From Octopus sinensis (lineage: Eukaryota), in NCBI RefSeq assembly GCF_006345805.1, contig NC_043012.1, forward strand, positions 45,942,001-46,006,000: a DNA stretch of 64,000 nt, in the 5' to 3' direction. A program made the position numbers and the translations under genes. This document shows, in pieces, positions 52,640 through 64,000 of the stretch (positions within the stretch are counted from its first letter, which is position 1; each line of letters starts with the position of its first letter). The notes below the pieces were generated by a model. It did no database searches, had not been told where the DNA came from, and saw only the letters and a program-made list of their open reading frames with translations.

Positions 52640-54560
52640 TTGTAAATACGCATTCATGCAAAAACCAAACCAGTCAATCCCACTCCATGGCACCCATTTG
52701 ACAACATAAACTTCCACAAAGCGGACTGGGGAGCAATCAGAAAGGATCTGTCTTCCATCGACTGGTCTTTTACTCTCCGTTCCTCTCATATTGAGACCGC
52801 GCGGCAGCACTTTGAAAACATTGTCACCTATACATGCTCTAAACACGCTCCCACGAAATCTACTAACACAAACAGAAACCGGCTCCCTAAAAAGAAAAAA
52901 ACACTCATCAGGTGCATTAAAAGACTCAACAAAAAAATCAACCAATTAAAATATTCCCACACACAACATCCACATTCAACAACAATGAAAAGACTAGAGC
53001 TGGAAAAACTTCATCTGCAGACCAACATGAACACCTTCATTGAAAATCAAAGACCAGTGTTCTATTCTTATGCAAATAAGCATAGAACCACTGTCTAACC
53101 CATTGGGCCATTGATTGATGATAACGGCTTTCTCCAACACGATGCGAAAGAAATGGCAGAACTACTGCAGAAACAATACTGCTCTGTCTTTAGTGTTCCC
53201 ACTGATATTGACGTAAGAGAAACGAACGAAGTTGACTCCCAACACAAAATCTCAGACATAATCTTCACTGCCACTGACATCGTAGCAGCAATAAATGAGG
53301 TAAAATATTACTCTGCTGTAGGCCCTGATAGATTCCCCACTATTCTTCTGAAGGAATGTAGACACCAACTTGCAGTCCCTCTGACCAACCTCTGGAGAAA
53401 TTCGTTAGACGCAGGTTATATACCGAAACAGTTTCTATCCGAGTCGGTCATCCAGGTTTTGAAACACGGAAACAGATCCCTCGCAACAACTATCGCCCAA
53501 TCTCTCTCACCTCCCACATCATTAAAGTGTTTGAAAGAGTGTTAAGATCAAGGATAGCTGACTTCCTGGAGACCCACAAACTCCTAAATGCAAATCAGCA
53601 TGGCTTTCGCTGTGGCAGGGATTGTCTAACACAGCTCTTACACCACATTGAAGATGTACTCAAAGCCTTGGGAACAGGTTCGAACTCTGACGTCATATAT
53701 CTTGACTTCAGTAAAGCGTTCGACAGGGTAGACCATAATATCTTACTCTCAAAATTGAGAGACCTGGGTGTAATTGTTGATGACGATCTCAGTTAGAGTG
53801 CACACATCAACAAGAAGGTCGATATAGCTCGTAGGATGAGTTCCTGGATCTTAAGAACTTTCCGGTCCAGAGAACAAGGTGTCATCATACCACTTTTTTC
53901 CTCCTTTGTACGGCCACACCTTGAATACTGCTGCCCACTGTGGTCTCCCCATACAAGACAAAACATCTCCAGAATTGAGTCACCCCAGAGGGCACTCACT
54001 AAACGAATTGAAGGCATGGCTGCTCTCGATTATTGGGATCGCCTTAAAGCCTTGAAACTTTACTCCCTCCAGCGTCGCCGTGAGCGGTACATCATTTGTA
54101 CGATGTGGAAAATATACCGCCAACTTTGCCCAAACGACCTAAACATTAGCTTCAAGGTTCATCCAAGACTTGGACCACGGGCTATACGTCCCCTGCCCAA
54201 TTCAAGATCACAACATACATGTACACTGCAACATAATTTATTTTCCTCAACAGGCCCTGCCCTATTTAACATTGTCCCGAGGGAGATCAAAGAGGAAAAG
54301 GATCCCATCAACTTTAAACGGAGTCTGGATAGATTCCTTCAAAGAATACCAGATAAGCCACCCATAATTGGATACAACTCACCCAACAAGAACTCACTAC
54401 TTTAACAAAACTTGATACAACTCACCCAACAAGAACTCACTACTTGAACAAAACTTGACTTAAACAAAACTTGACCTAAACAGGATTCGAAAATAATCCT
54501 ATCAGGTGGTGCTATTAAGTTAGACATGGCCTGGACCAGTTTATCTAAGTTTATATCACG
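52640..54560 (+). pseudogene. CR1-clade LINE ORF2 remnant with the RT catalytic core deleted
   Basis: AVGPDRFP..LLKEC, QHGFRCGRDCLTQLL, YLDFSKAFDRVDH, then directly DLGVIVDDDLS, RPHLEYC, LYSLQRRRERY; 43-bp tandem duplication at 54371/54414 near the 3' end. Confidence 0.9.
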
Positions 54561-54899
54561 TTGAAACTTCTACATCTGCCTTCTAAACGACAAGATTTTA
54601 AAATATTTTTACATGTGCAATATTTAGTTGTATATTTCTGTTCTGTGGTATAATCTTTAATATTATTTCTTATGGTACGTGGTGTTATATTTGAATCTGT
54701 TGTGGAATAATTTATAATAAAATTAAGTATATTTACTGCTTGTAAGTTATTATTGTTATTAGATTGTGGTATTGGATTATCCAAAGCATATTTTATATTT
54801 TGCGATGTATCATTATTGGAATTTTGTGGATAATTTATTACTGTTATAGTATCGCTATGTGTTCTCGTCATGATATCTAATGAGCAAGTATTATGTTGA

Positions 54900-55260
54900 G
54901 TATTATTTGGTGTTCTAGGACCGTTGTCTATTTCATTATTAGTATTATTGTTGTTATCATTTCTTAAACTATTATTATATGTTTTAAGTTTTCGTTTATT
55001 AATCTGGCGATAATTGATCCTATATTCGGTAATGTAGAAAGAAATATTTTAATTGTTGATCTGTTAAATATATGGTGATACTTATGATTATTAGGAAACC
55101 TATTTTTGACTATGTTGAGAAAATCTTTTGCTAATCCTTTAACATTTACATATATACAAATTCGGTGTCTGTTGCGTTCCATTATTTGATAAGTAAAAGT
55201 ATGTATGAACAAACGATGTCTCGTATACGGAATGTAAGAATGAACGGGAGACAAACAGAA
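54900..55260 (-). pseudogene. Penelope-like ORF remnant (RT-EN linker)
   Basis: KDFLNIVKNRFPNNHKYHHIFNRSTIKI..PNIGSII matches the PLE motif FL.L...FP..HK..KIFNR.T.K.SYS.MPN...II. Confidence 0.75.
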
Positions 55261-55341
55261 GGTCAGTAATTCTTCATCAGTTATCGACCCATTGGTACTG
55301 TTCAGTTATGCACTTATCTATCATTATGTATACACACACAA

Positions 55342-55410
<69 letters not shown>

Positions 55411-55436
55411 GTATATATATATATAATATATATATA

Positions 55437-55481
<45 letters not shown>

Positions 55482-55499
55482 ATATATATATATATATAT

Positions 55500-56345
55500 A
55501 CTAGCTTAAGGTGACCCGCTCTACGCGCGGATGACGTTGTGGTTTTTACTTTCTGTTGTTTCCTTTCTATTTCTTATTGCCACTTTCTCCCTCTTTGTTT
55601 CTCTATCCTTTCTTATTTTCTCAATTACTTACTCTTCCTTTCTCTCGGGCTTTCCCACGCTTTCTCTTACTCTTTATCTTTCTCTATCTATCTCTCTGCT
55701 ATTTATAAAAAAAAATTAGATTTCCGCGTTTAAATTACAAATCCGCTTCCATCTTACCATGTTGAAAATTTGATAGAAATCGGGCAAAAGGTGTCCGATC
55801 TAGACCACCAAGTGTCCCCCAAAATCAATAAAATCCCAGTTTTCACACCAAAGCAACCAGTGTAGCGCCACAAAACTCTGACGTAGCAAAACATGCTATA
55901 TATAGATAGCACAGAGAAACCCGGTCTTACTCGTGATTAAAATAGTTTGTCATTTCGGTATTATAACTTCATTTCATTCGGATCTACGCGGGCCACACTT
56001 TAAAGATGAGAAATTTTGCCCTAGAGGCCACACCTTTCAATTGAGCAAACTCAAAGTTACCATGCAAAGTCGCCGGCACTTTTAACATAGGTGTGCAAAT
56101 TATCAACTGAATCCTACCATATTTACTAACACTTTTGCCTGTATAACTGCTTGTGAGACAACATCTGCCCTTTTCACAAATATGTAGTAGACCTACAGAA
56201 CCCGGTTAATATAAGCTGATTACACTCGGGTGTAATCGGGCCACATTTTAAAAGATGAGGAATTTTGTCCTAGGGGTCACGCCTTCATTTGAGGAAAAAA
56301 TAGTTGCCATGCAAACTCGCCAGCACTTTTAACATAGGTGTGCAC
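55500..56345 (+). mobile_element. Possible Helentron/Helitron-like non-autonomous repeat with an internal 248-bp-period duplication
   Basis: ACTAGC..GACCCG..CGCGG start; 55990-56097 resembles 56238-56344 (GGGCCACA..GCACTTTTAACATAGGTGTGCA). Confidence 0.4.
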
Positions 56346-56380
56346 ATTTTCAGCTCAACCGACCACATAATGCACACATA

Positions 56381-56445
<65 letters not shown>

Positions 56446-57115
56446 GCACATATATATATGTACATATATACGCATTATATACAAATGTATACAAATTATA
56501 TATATATATAAATACAGATATATACACTTTGTATATATACATTATATATACATATTTATATATAGATACAGACACACACAAATTTTTTTTAACCCAATAA
56601 ATATCTGATTCATAATATTTTTTCTCATGATTGTGTGGTGGTGGTGACGATAATAAAACTTTCTATGAATGCAGACAGACGTACAGAGAGAGAGAGAGGG
56701 GGAGGGAGGTGGTGGTAAAAAAGAGTGACAGCGCTGGCGAAGGCGGCGGGGGAAAGTAGTAGCTGTCAAACGTCATTATAGAGAGAATGTGATGGGAAGG
56801 GAGGAAACAGAGGGAGAGAGAGATACGGAGGAAGACAGGCAGATAAGAGAATGGGAGAAGACTTGTCAAAGTGTGCGTTTTTTGCCCTAGTAACCATACC
56901 TTTTGAGATAGTGATTTCTAACCTGGCCCACTCACATCCTCACCTCATTTTACAAGTCCCTGTAAATGTTGGAGTCAATCCGACGGGATCTAGCGCCCTT
57001 TCACCCGTTCCAATGCCAAAACCAGACAAACAAACAAGCTTTCTCATTTCAGATTTATATATATACATATATATATATATATAAAAGAAGGCAAAACACC
57101 ACACCTCACTTTAGA

Positions 57116-57166
<51 letters not shown>

Positions 57167-57184
57167 TATATATATATGTATATA

Positions 57185-57735
57185 TATGACAAAACAAAAC
57201 ACCATACGTCACTTTAAATCACTCTCATATCTATCAACCCACAACCCCAGAAACAATGAGGCATACAACACAATTATACAAAATCTCCCACTGCTCATTC
57301 AAGACTCGAAAATGAACAACATCCTAAATTCACATAATCTTCTCAAATGCAAAAGACAAAATAAATCACTCATGAGATTCCTAACAAATGCAAAACAATA
57401 CTCAATACATACGATTCAAAAAGTTAAAAAGTGCAGGAGACCTAATTGTGCTACATACCGTGAAGGCTTCGAATTCACATTCCAGCAAGGAGTAAATTTC
57501 TCAGTTAAGACCAGCTTCACATGTGCTTCCCACAACCTTACCTATGTCCTAACTTGCTTTCCTCAACACAGGTAGATAGCCCTGAGAGAACATATGGACA
57601 GATGCGCAAGTAAGAAAACGTCGTATTTCCATATCTTTCCATTATATCAATGCCAAGTTGATATAATGAACGCCTAAACAAGGAAAACCTGTTCATACAA
57701 AAGTACAGACCGCACCTTAATTTAGAAACTTGACC
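57185..57735 (+). pseudogene. Penelope-like (Neptune-type) zinc motif and GIY-YIG endonuclease remnant
   Basis: KCKRQNKSL, KKCRRPNCAT, FSVKTSFTCASHNLTYVLTC. Confidence 0.75.
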
Positions 57736-58013
57736 AGTTCAAAAATTATTCTGAGGAGTTAGTTGTCCTCCTTGTGTGTATTTATGAGCGAAAAACCTTA
57801 GCTCCACGCGGGTCCGACAGAAGCCACTTTTTCGCCACAACTTTCTCTCTCACTCTTTCCTCATGCATCTTGCAGATCACCTGCGACGGACCGGCCCTTA
57901 TGAGCCAGGCGTGGCTTGAGAAGGAACATACAACAACGATATAATGGTAGGGATACAAACACAAACACGCACACACACACATATATATAAATATATGATT
58001 ATAAATGTATGCA

Positions 58014-58053
<40 letters not shown>

Positions 58054-58118
58054 AAACATTATTGGTGAATTGAAGAAATGGAGCTGAACGCAGATTGAAC
58101 AGAAATCGTTTTATTTCA

Positions 58119-58198
58119 TTCTACACGTCTTTCGAAAGGCACAAATTACCAAAATCCGATTGAATAATGGGACCATATTGTGTCTTTCTCTTCAGGAA
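58119..58198 (-). ncRNA. Type I hammerhead, one stem III mismatch
   Basis: UUC CUGAAGA GAAAG.CACA...UGUG.CUUUC GAAA(G)ACGU GUA GAA. Confidence 0.55.
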
Positions 58199-58494
58199 GA
58201 AAAAAACTTTTGATTAATCTACTACAAGATTATTCATCTTTCTATTTCACATAATATATATATATATATATATATATATGCATACATTTATATACATATA
58301 TATGCATACATATATATATGCATATGTACATGTACATTTCCATATTTTCTTCCTTTTTCCTTTCTTACCTCTATCAAAGATGAGTGTTCTCAGCTTAGCC
58401 GCGTACTCTGATGACGCCACACATTGGTTTGCTCAATAGGATGCATATTTTTCCACGAGCAACTGAAACGTTTGTACTGTGGAATGCCTCTTCA

Positions 58495-58740
58495 CCTCTT
58501 GTACTCTCAGTGAAGGATCTCATCACTGTCCCACATCTAGACGTGACTTACGCATCCATCAAATCCGAGGTTTTCCGTCGAAACACACAGTCTGCAGAGA
58601 GTAAATTTCGGACACTGGAGCAGGATGAACCCCTGGGAGATAGAACACCGTCTGAGTTTCTTCGTCGGTTGCGAGAACTCAGCGACACATCACTAGAGGA
58701 CAATCTTCTGCTAAGGAAATTGTTTTTCTCTCGTCTACGG
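58495..58740 (+). pseudogene. Ty3/Gypsy gag fragment
   Basis: VKDLITVP..YASIKSEVFRR..SAESKFRTLEQDEPLGDRTPSEFLRRLREL..LLRKLFFSRL resembles the Gypsy gag LGDRKPSQLLR motif. Confidence 0.7.
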
Positions 58741-59065
58741 TGGGGTGTGGGATACAATTTTTTTTCTTTATTTCTAGTGGGATATGGAATTGTGAAAATG
58801 CTTTTTTCGCTGCTAACAGACTACACCTATACTTAGCCAAACCAAACCAATCCCTCTAACCATGCATAATATGTTTGCTATAACACAGCGCTATTCTAAT
58901 ACCCTAGTGTGGATATTTTTAAGGAAATATATAATTATGAGATATCAAAAATAAACTTCCGTTTTTTTCCAATCGTCGGTAGGGCATTCATTTTTCTGGA
59001 AAGTTATAGTGAGGCCTGGGACAAAATATGCTGGGAATCACAGATTTAAAAAGATAACCATTTTT

Positions 59066-59175
59066 AACAACAACAACAACAACAATAACAACAACAACAG
59101 CAACAACAATAACAACAACAACACCACCAACAACAACAACAACGACGACGACGACGACAACAACAATAATAACAT
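59066..59175. repeat. (AAC)n/(GAC)n microsatellite
   Basis: Directly visible. Confidence 0.95.
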
Positions 59176-59221
59176 CGAAAAATATATTCGGAATGAGAAC
59201 CCAGGTTCGAAATTTCCCCAA

Positions 59222-59266
59222 GACATCTGAAGAAGGCTGGAGGGTATATCAGCCGAAACGTTGTGT
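59222..59266 (+). ncRNA. Minimal Penelope-type hammerhead with palindromic stem III
   Basis: GACAT CTGAAGA A GGCTG-gagggtatat-CAGCC GAA ACGT T GTGTT. Confidence 0.7.
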
Positions 59267-60201
59267 TAACAACAATCAAGATGAGGACAAATATCCGTCG
59301 AATGTAAATAGAACTGCAGATTTTTCCAGTATCGTTCTAATTTATTTTTGTGGTGTGTGGTGTAGTATACAGCAGCCTTATGTTGCAAGTGCAGAATGAA
59401 CCTGCATGTGTGTGCTGTACTGGTCAGAGCAGTGTAACAACTATTACTCTGAAGTTTGGAACTTACGGTTTTACAGTCAGATTCATAGATCAGTTTGGTC
59501 TCCCGCAGTTCGTTCTCGCCCTCTCATGTCAATAGGATGTAACCTATGAAGAAGATCTTGATTTTGCTAGTTTTTGCCTTTATATATTCCAGTGTGAAGT
59601 GTTTTGCAATGCGTTTTACGAAAGTTTTTATGTACGTCGACTTGAACACGTAATAGATTGTGTGTGTTTATTTCGATCATGGGCATTGTCTAATGTATTT
59701 CTGTATTGTGTTTTTATCCATATTATTTTATAGCTTATTCCACTAGTCTGCTAGAAGATCAGTTGTTAATTAACGATGGAATATTTGTATATATTTCGTA
59801 CTCCTCTAGTACATTGTTTGTTGACTAGAATGTAAATGTTCTTTTGAGGACAAACTTTAGCACTGTCTTGCTGTAGTTGTGTGGGTATTCACTGTCTCCA
59901 TATTTTTTGATTCTTCGGAGTACACACTTGTAATGTATCTAGAAAACGTTATCTGATTTGTATTATTGTCAATGTTATATCTTAGTACAGAGTCGTTTTC
60001 TAAGTCTTCCTTTCGTCTGTTTCCTATTGTAAATATATAGAATAGAGCAACAAGCTAATAAGAAAAAGAAAAATTCTAAAAGAAAAAAAAAAGCATAAAA
60101 CGTGAATACAGCCTTGTATTTAATGAAACATGCAAAACTAAAACCTGTTTCCCTCATATAAGGTCATAAAATTACATTGTGTGCGCTTGCGCGTGTATAC
60201 G

Positions 60202-60338
<137 letters not shown>

Positions 60339-60348
60339 GTGTGTGTCT

Positions 60349-60585
60349 ATGGCCCAGTGTTTAGGGCAGCGGACTCGCGGTTGTAGGATCGCGGTTTCGA
60401 TACCCAGACCGGGCGTTGTGAGTATTTATTGAGCGAAAACACCTAAAGCTCTCACTCTTTCTTCTGTTGGCCTGCTCGCTTAGCCATCGGGGTGGCGTCA
60501 TTTGAAGGATAAAACAATGCGAATTGTGACCATCGATGTGCAGCAACATCTGATAGCCTGGTCGGTCACGGTGATCACGGTGATG
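60349..60585 (+). mobile_element. tRNA-derived SINE, family D
   Basis: TGGCCCAGTGTTTAGGGCAGCGGACTCGCGG..GGTTTCGATACC tRNA-like head, then TTGAGCGAAAACACCTAAAGCT (related scrap near 57785); ends in (TATG)n. Confidence 0.7.
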
Positions 60586-60852
60586 TATGTATGTATGTAT
60601 GTATGTATGTATGTATGTATGTATGTATGTATGTATGTATGTATGTATGTATGTATGTATGTATGTATGTATGTATGTATGTATGTATGTATGTATGTAT
60701 GTATGTATGTATGTATGTATGTATGTATGTATGTATGTATGTATGTATGTATGTATGTATGTATGTATGTATGTATGTATGCATGTATGTATGCATGCAT
60801 GCATGTATGTATGCATGCATGCATGTATGCATGTATGCATGTATGTATGTAT
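60584..60852. repeat. (TATG)n/(CATG)n microsatellite
   Basis: About 50 perfect TATG units, then variants. Confidence 0.98.
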
Positions 60853-60931
60853 GTGTATACATACACACATACGCTTATCTGTATATATATGCATTCTGTC
60901 TTCCCTTCTCTGGATCTTTCCTTCTCCTATG

Positions 60932-60964
60932 TTTCCGACAAAGAGCTCCGCTCGAAACGTTAAA
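60932..60964 (+). ncRNA. Decayed minimal hammerhead (Penelope pseudo-LTR remnant)
   Basis: TTT CCGACAA A GAGC-tcc-GCTC GAAACGTT AAA; CUGAnGA box mutated. Confidence 0.4.
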
Positions 60965-61104
60965 CCCTCCTTCTTTCCTGAGCGTCCAAAAATACTATAT
61001 TTGTTCCACGTCCTCGCGCTGTTGTGTTTTTTGTGCTTTCATGTTTGGATTAACTATACATATATAAATATATATATATAAAACTTTTGATTTTGTTTTT
61101 CACG

Positions 61105-61375
61105 AGAAACTGAAAGAAGCCCGTCGTATATATGTATATATAAATATGTATGCGTGTGTGTGTTTGTGTGTCTGTGTTTGTCCCCCTACCATTGCTTGAC
61201 AACCGATGCTGGTGTTTTTATATCCCCGTTACTTAGCGGTTCGGCAAAAGCGACCGATAGAATAAGTACTAGGCTTACAAAAGAATAAGTTCCGGGATCG
61301 AGTTGCTCTATTAAAGGCGGTACTCCAGCATGGCCGCAGACAAATGACTGAAGCAAGTAAAAGAAAAAGAATAAA
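61105..61375 (+). mobile_element. SINE family A, 5'-truncated
   Basis: GAAACTGAAAGAAGCCCGTCG through GGCGGTACTCCAGCATGGCCGCAG and GAAGCAAGTAAAAGA. Confidence 0.9.
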
Positions 61376-61705
61376 GCTGCTATTCTTTTAGGCCGACTAC
61401 AATCTGATGATGTCGACTGGTGAACCAGTTTTGGGGGTTGTATCGAAATGTACCGATATAATGTTGGATAAATATAGTAACTCAACCGACTACCGCACTG
61501 GTCAAACGTCCCTCTGGTAAACATTCATTAATGTTATATCGCCTGAAGAAATAAATCCATGACGATGATCTACCCGATGCCCACGGGTATTAAGGACTGT
61601 AGTGTAATTATGTAATCATCCCAGAAAAGGGGTGGTGATATTAACGGATATGTAATCTGTAGAAACGCACGTAGCGATGCATTAAATGTTTATACATCCC
61701 AGCCA

Positions 61706-61763
61706 AGGATTATTATTATTACTATTATTATTATTATTATTGTCGTTGTTGCTGTTGTTGTTG

Positions 61764-61847
<84 letters not shown>
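61706..61847. repeat. (TAT)n/(TGT)n microsatellite
   Basis: Directly visible. Confidence 0.95.
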
Positions 61848-61854
<7 letters not shown>

Positions 61855-64000
61855 TATGTATGTATATATATATATAAATACATTTATATTTGTGTGCGTG
61901 TGTAAATCTGTGTATTTGCTTGTGGAAAGAAACTAATCGCAATCGTTGTAGATGATTATGCTATGAAGAGGCAATGAGACTGATTTACTGTTCACAACTT
62001 AATATGTTATAATAGCAGATCCATTCATCGTGTGGTCTATTGTTAACAAAAGTTTGAATAGATTGCTTACGAATGTCCCGCACATTAAAATGCATTATTG
62101 ACTTCATTGTAGTCCGTGAAATGTGAGAGATTGTTTAGCATTAAGAATATCTGGTAGAAAAGAGAATTATGACGAGTAATTGAGGAGTTCAAGAAGAGAG
62201 TATTTAATGAAGTTGGCTTTTTGGTCACAAATTATGGTTGCTATAACGAAAACACATCTTTAACCAAAGTTAATACATCTTTCACTTTCCCTTCTCTTTC
62301 ACTTTCTGCTCTCTACAAAGAAATTTTAAAAAATCGGTAATTAAGGAATACATTCGAAAAATGAGTTGCCGATGTTGATGTATGGAGTATCAAAAGACTC
62401 TGTATTCTTTCGGCTGACAAATAACTTTATTTTCATTTACAGGTTTGCATAACAAAAATTTAACATTATAATCTTTCTAAAATTCAACTATGCAAAACGA
62501 CATTTTACATCACGACAACAACATCACATTTTCTATATGAGTGTACCTTAACAGACATCCATTTCTCTATATGTTTTGAAGAAATACAGACACTCGTTTT
62601 CTCTGTCACATGCTCACGCGCACATACATACGAAAAATGATGTATGCATATGTATCTATGTACGTTCATACGAAAGACAATATGTGTGTGACATAGAGAG
62701 AAAGAGAGAGAGAGAGAACGAGTGAGTGCCATGACTGCACATACATACACTTACTGTCTATCTTTCTCTCTCTCTCTCTCACTTTGACATACACATCCGC
62801 ACGCATGCACACACTCTTACACACCTCCATTTCACCATTTCATATACACGTACATGTATATTTCTCCTCTCTTTCAGTTTCTGCTCTCAATTTAAAGCAA
62901 ATGTAGCCTTTTCACTTTCTCCTCTCTTTCAGTTTCTGCTCTCTTCAAAGCATTAAAAAATACAGAAATTAACGAACAATCATGATCTCATATAATCAAC
63001 CATATGATCGAGTTGACAACTTTTCTATATCAGACAAAAGAATTCCATAAAATAACTTCCTTTGGTACACACACACACATGCACGCACGAACGCATACAC
63101 ACACATGCACACACACACGCTCATTCTAGGTAAAATTTCTGTTTGAATTATGTTATTTGTTGCTATGTGCACGCGCAAAATAGCAGCTTGAATCCAATTG
63201 AAATCACCTATTTCTATTTTGTAATCCGTGTTTGTCATCAGTGTATTTAAAAGCACGATCTTCAATATAAATTTAAAAGAGAATTCTCGCAGAAATCTTG
63301 TTCGTTGCCTGTTGTTTCTAGCATGTCCGAGGTGAAATTTGCGACCCCATCCCCCCCGATATAGTCTTAATTTTTTTTTCCGATTCCTATGTTTTCAAAA
63401 CGGAAGATTACAGTTTCGCTGAAAAGACACGTTCACAATTATTTAATTTTCTCCCTCTCCGTCCCAATTTCTTCATGTTTTCACCTTTTTCGAATTTTTT
63501 TCTCACAGTAATCCACAGAAAAAAGACAGAGTATGAATATTTAAGAATTTTCTTCTTTCCTTTTTCTTAAATAAACACTAAAACCTTCTCCCTAAGCACC
63601 CACCAATCGCCTCAACACTTTCAAAAAGCTACAAACACCCAAAGTTTCCCTTTTATCTCTTTAATAAATGGAGAAATTTATTCAGAAATAATGTCGTTTA
63701 CCTGTTGTTTCTAGCATGTGGAGTTTTCTGGTTGTGCGCTGATATACGCAAGTTAAGCTTGAGTATATTTTGGTCATTATTTGGAGGTTTGTATCATACA
63801 TCCTGACTATTAATGTGCTTTTGATCACCTTTCTCTCTTTATTTGGCAAAACATATGTAGATAACTTTAGTTATATCTAGCTATCAGTTACACCTACATC
63901 AGTTATATATATATATATATATGAATCCAGATAGCTTCAGTTACATCTAGGGCACTTTTATATATCATTTTTTGTTTAAATTTCATTTGAAGGAATCGAG

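Overview
AT-rich, microsatellite-dense metazoan non-coding DNA. The SINE, Penelope, RTE and CR1 repertoire looks like an octopus (cephalopod) genome, which is an inference from recalled repeat motifs. I recognise no host protein-coding exon, rRNA, true tRNA or CRISPR array, and nearly all short ORFs in the track are microsatellite artefacts. The recognisable content is mobile DNA: tRNA-derived SINEs, RTE and CR1 LINEs (one near full length and young), two mariner fossils, a Gypsy gag scrap and many Penelope-like pseudo-LTR fragments. These fragments carry about a dozen hammerhead-ribozyme motifs, often in fold-back arrangements. Best candidate for a new system (16110-20445): two diverged ORF1-only (no endonuclease or RT) L1/Tx1-type retroposons inserted head-to-tail at the same 15-bp site in the tRNA-derived head of one SINE copy, with that site present three times. 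Second candidate: a hammerhead followed by a covarying multi-hairpin RNA domain in three very divergent copies (14.35, 35.33 and 50.3-51.4 kb). In the last copy the insertion junction falls at the predicted self-cleavage site. All alignments and folds were done by eye, so repeat boundaries are approximate unless motif coordinates are given.
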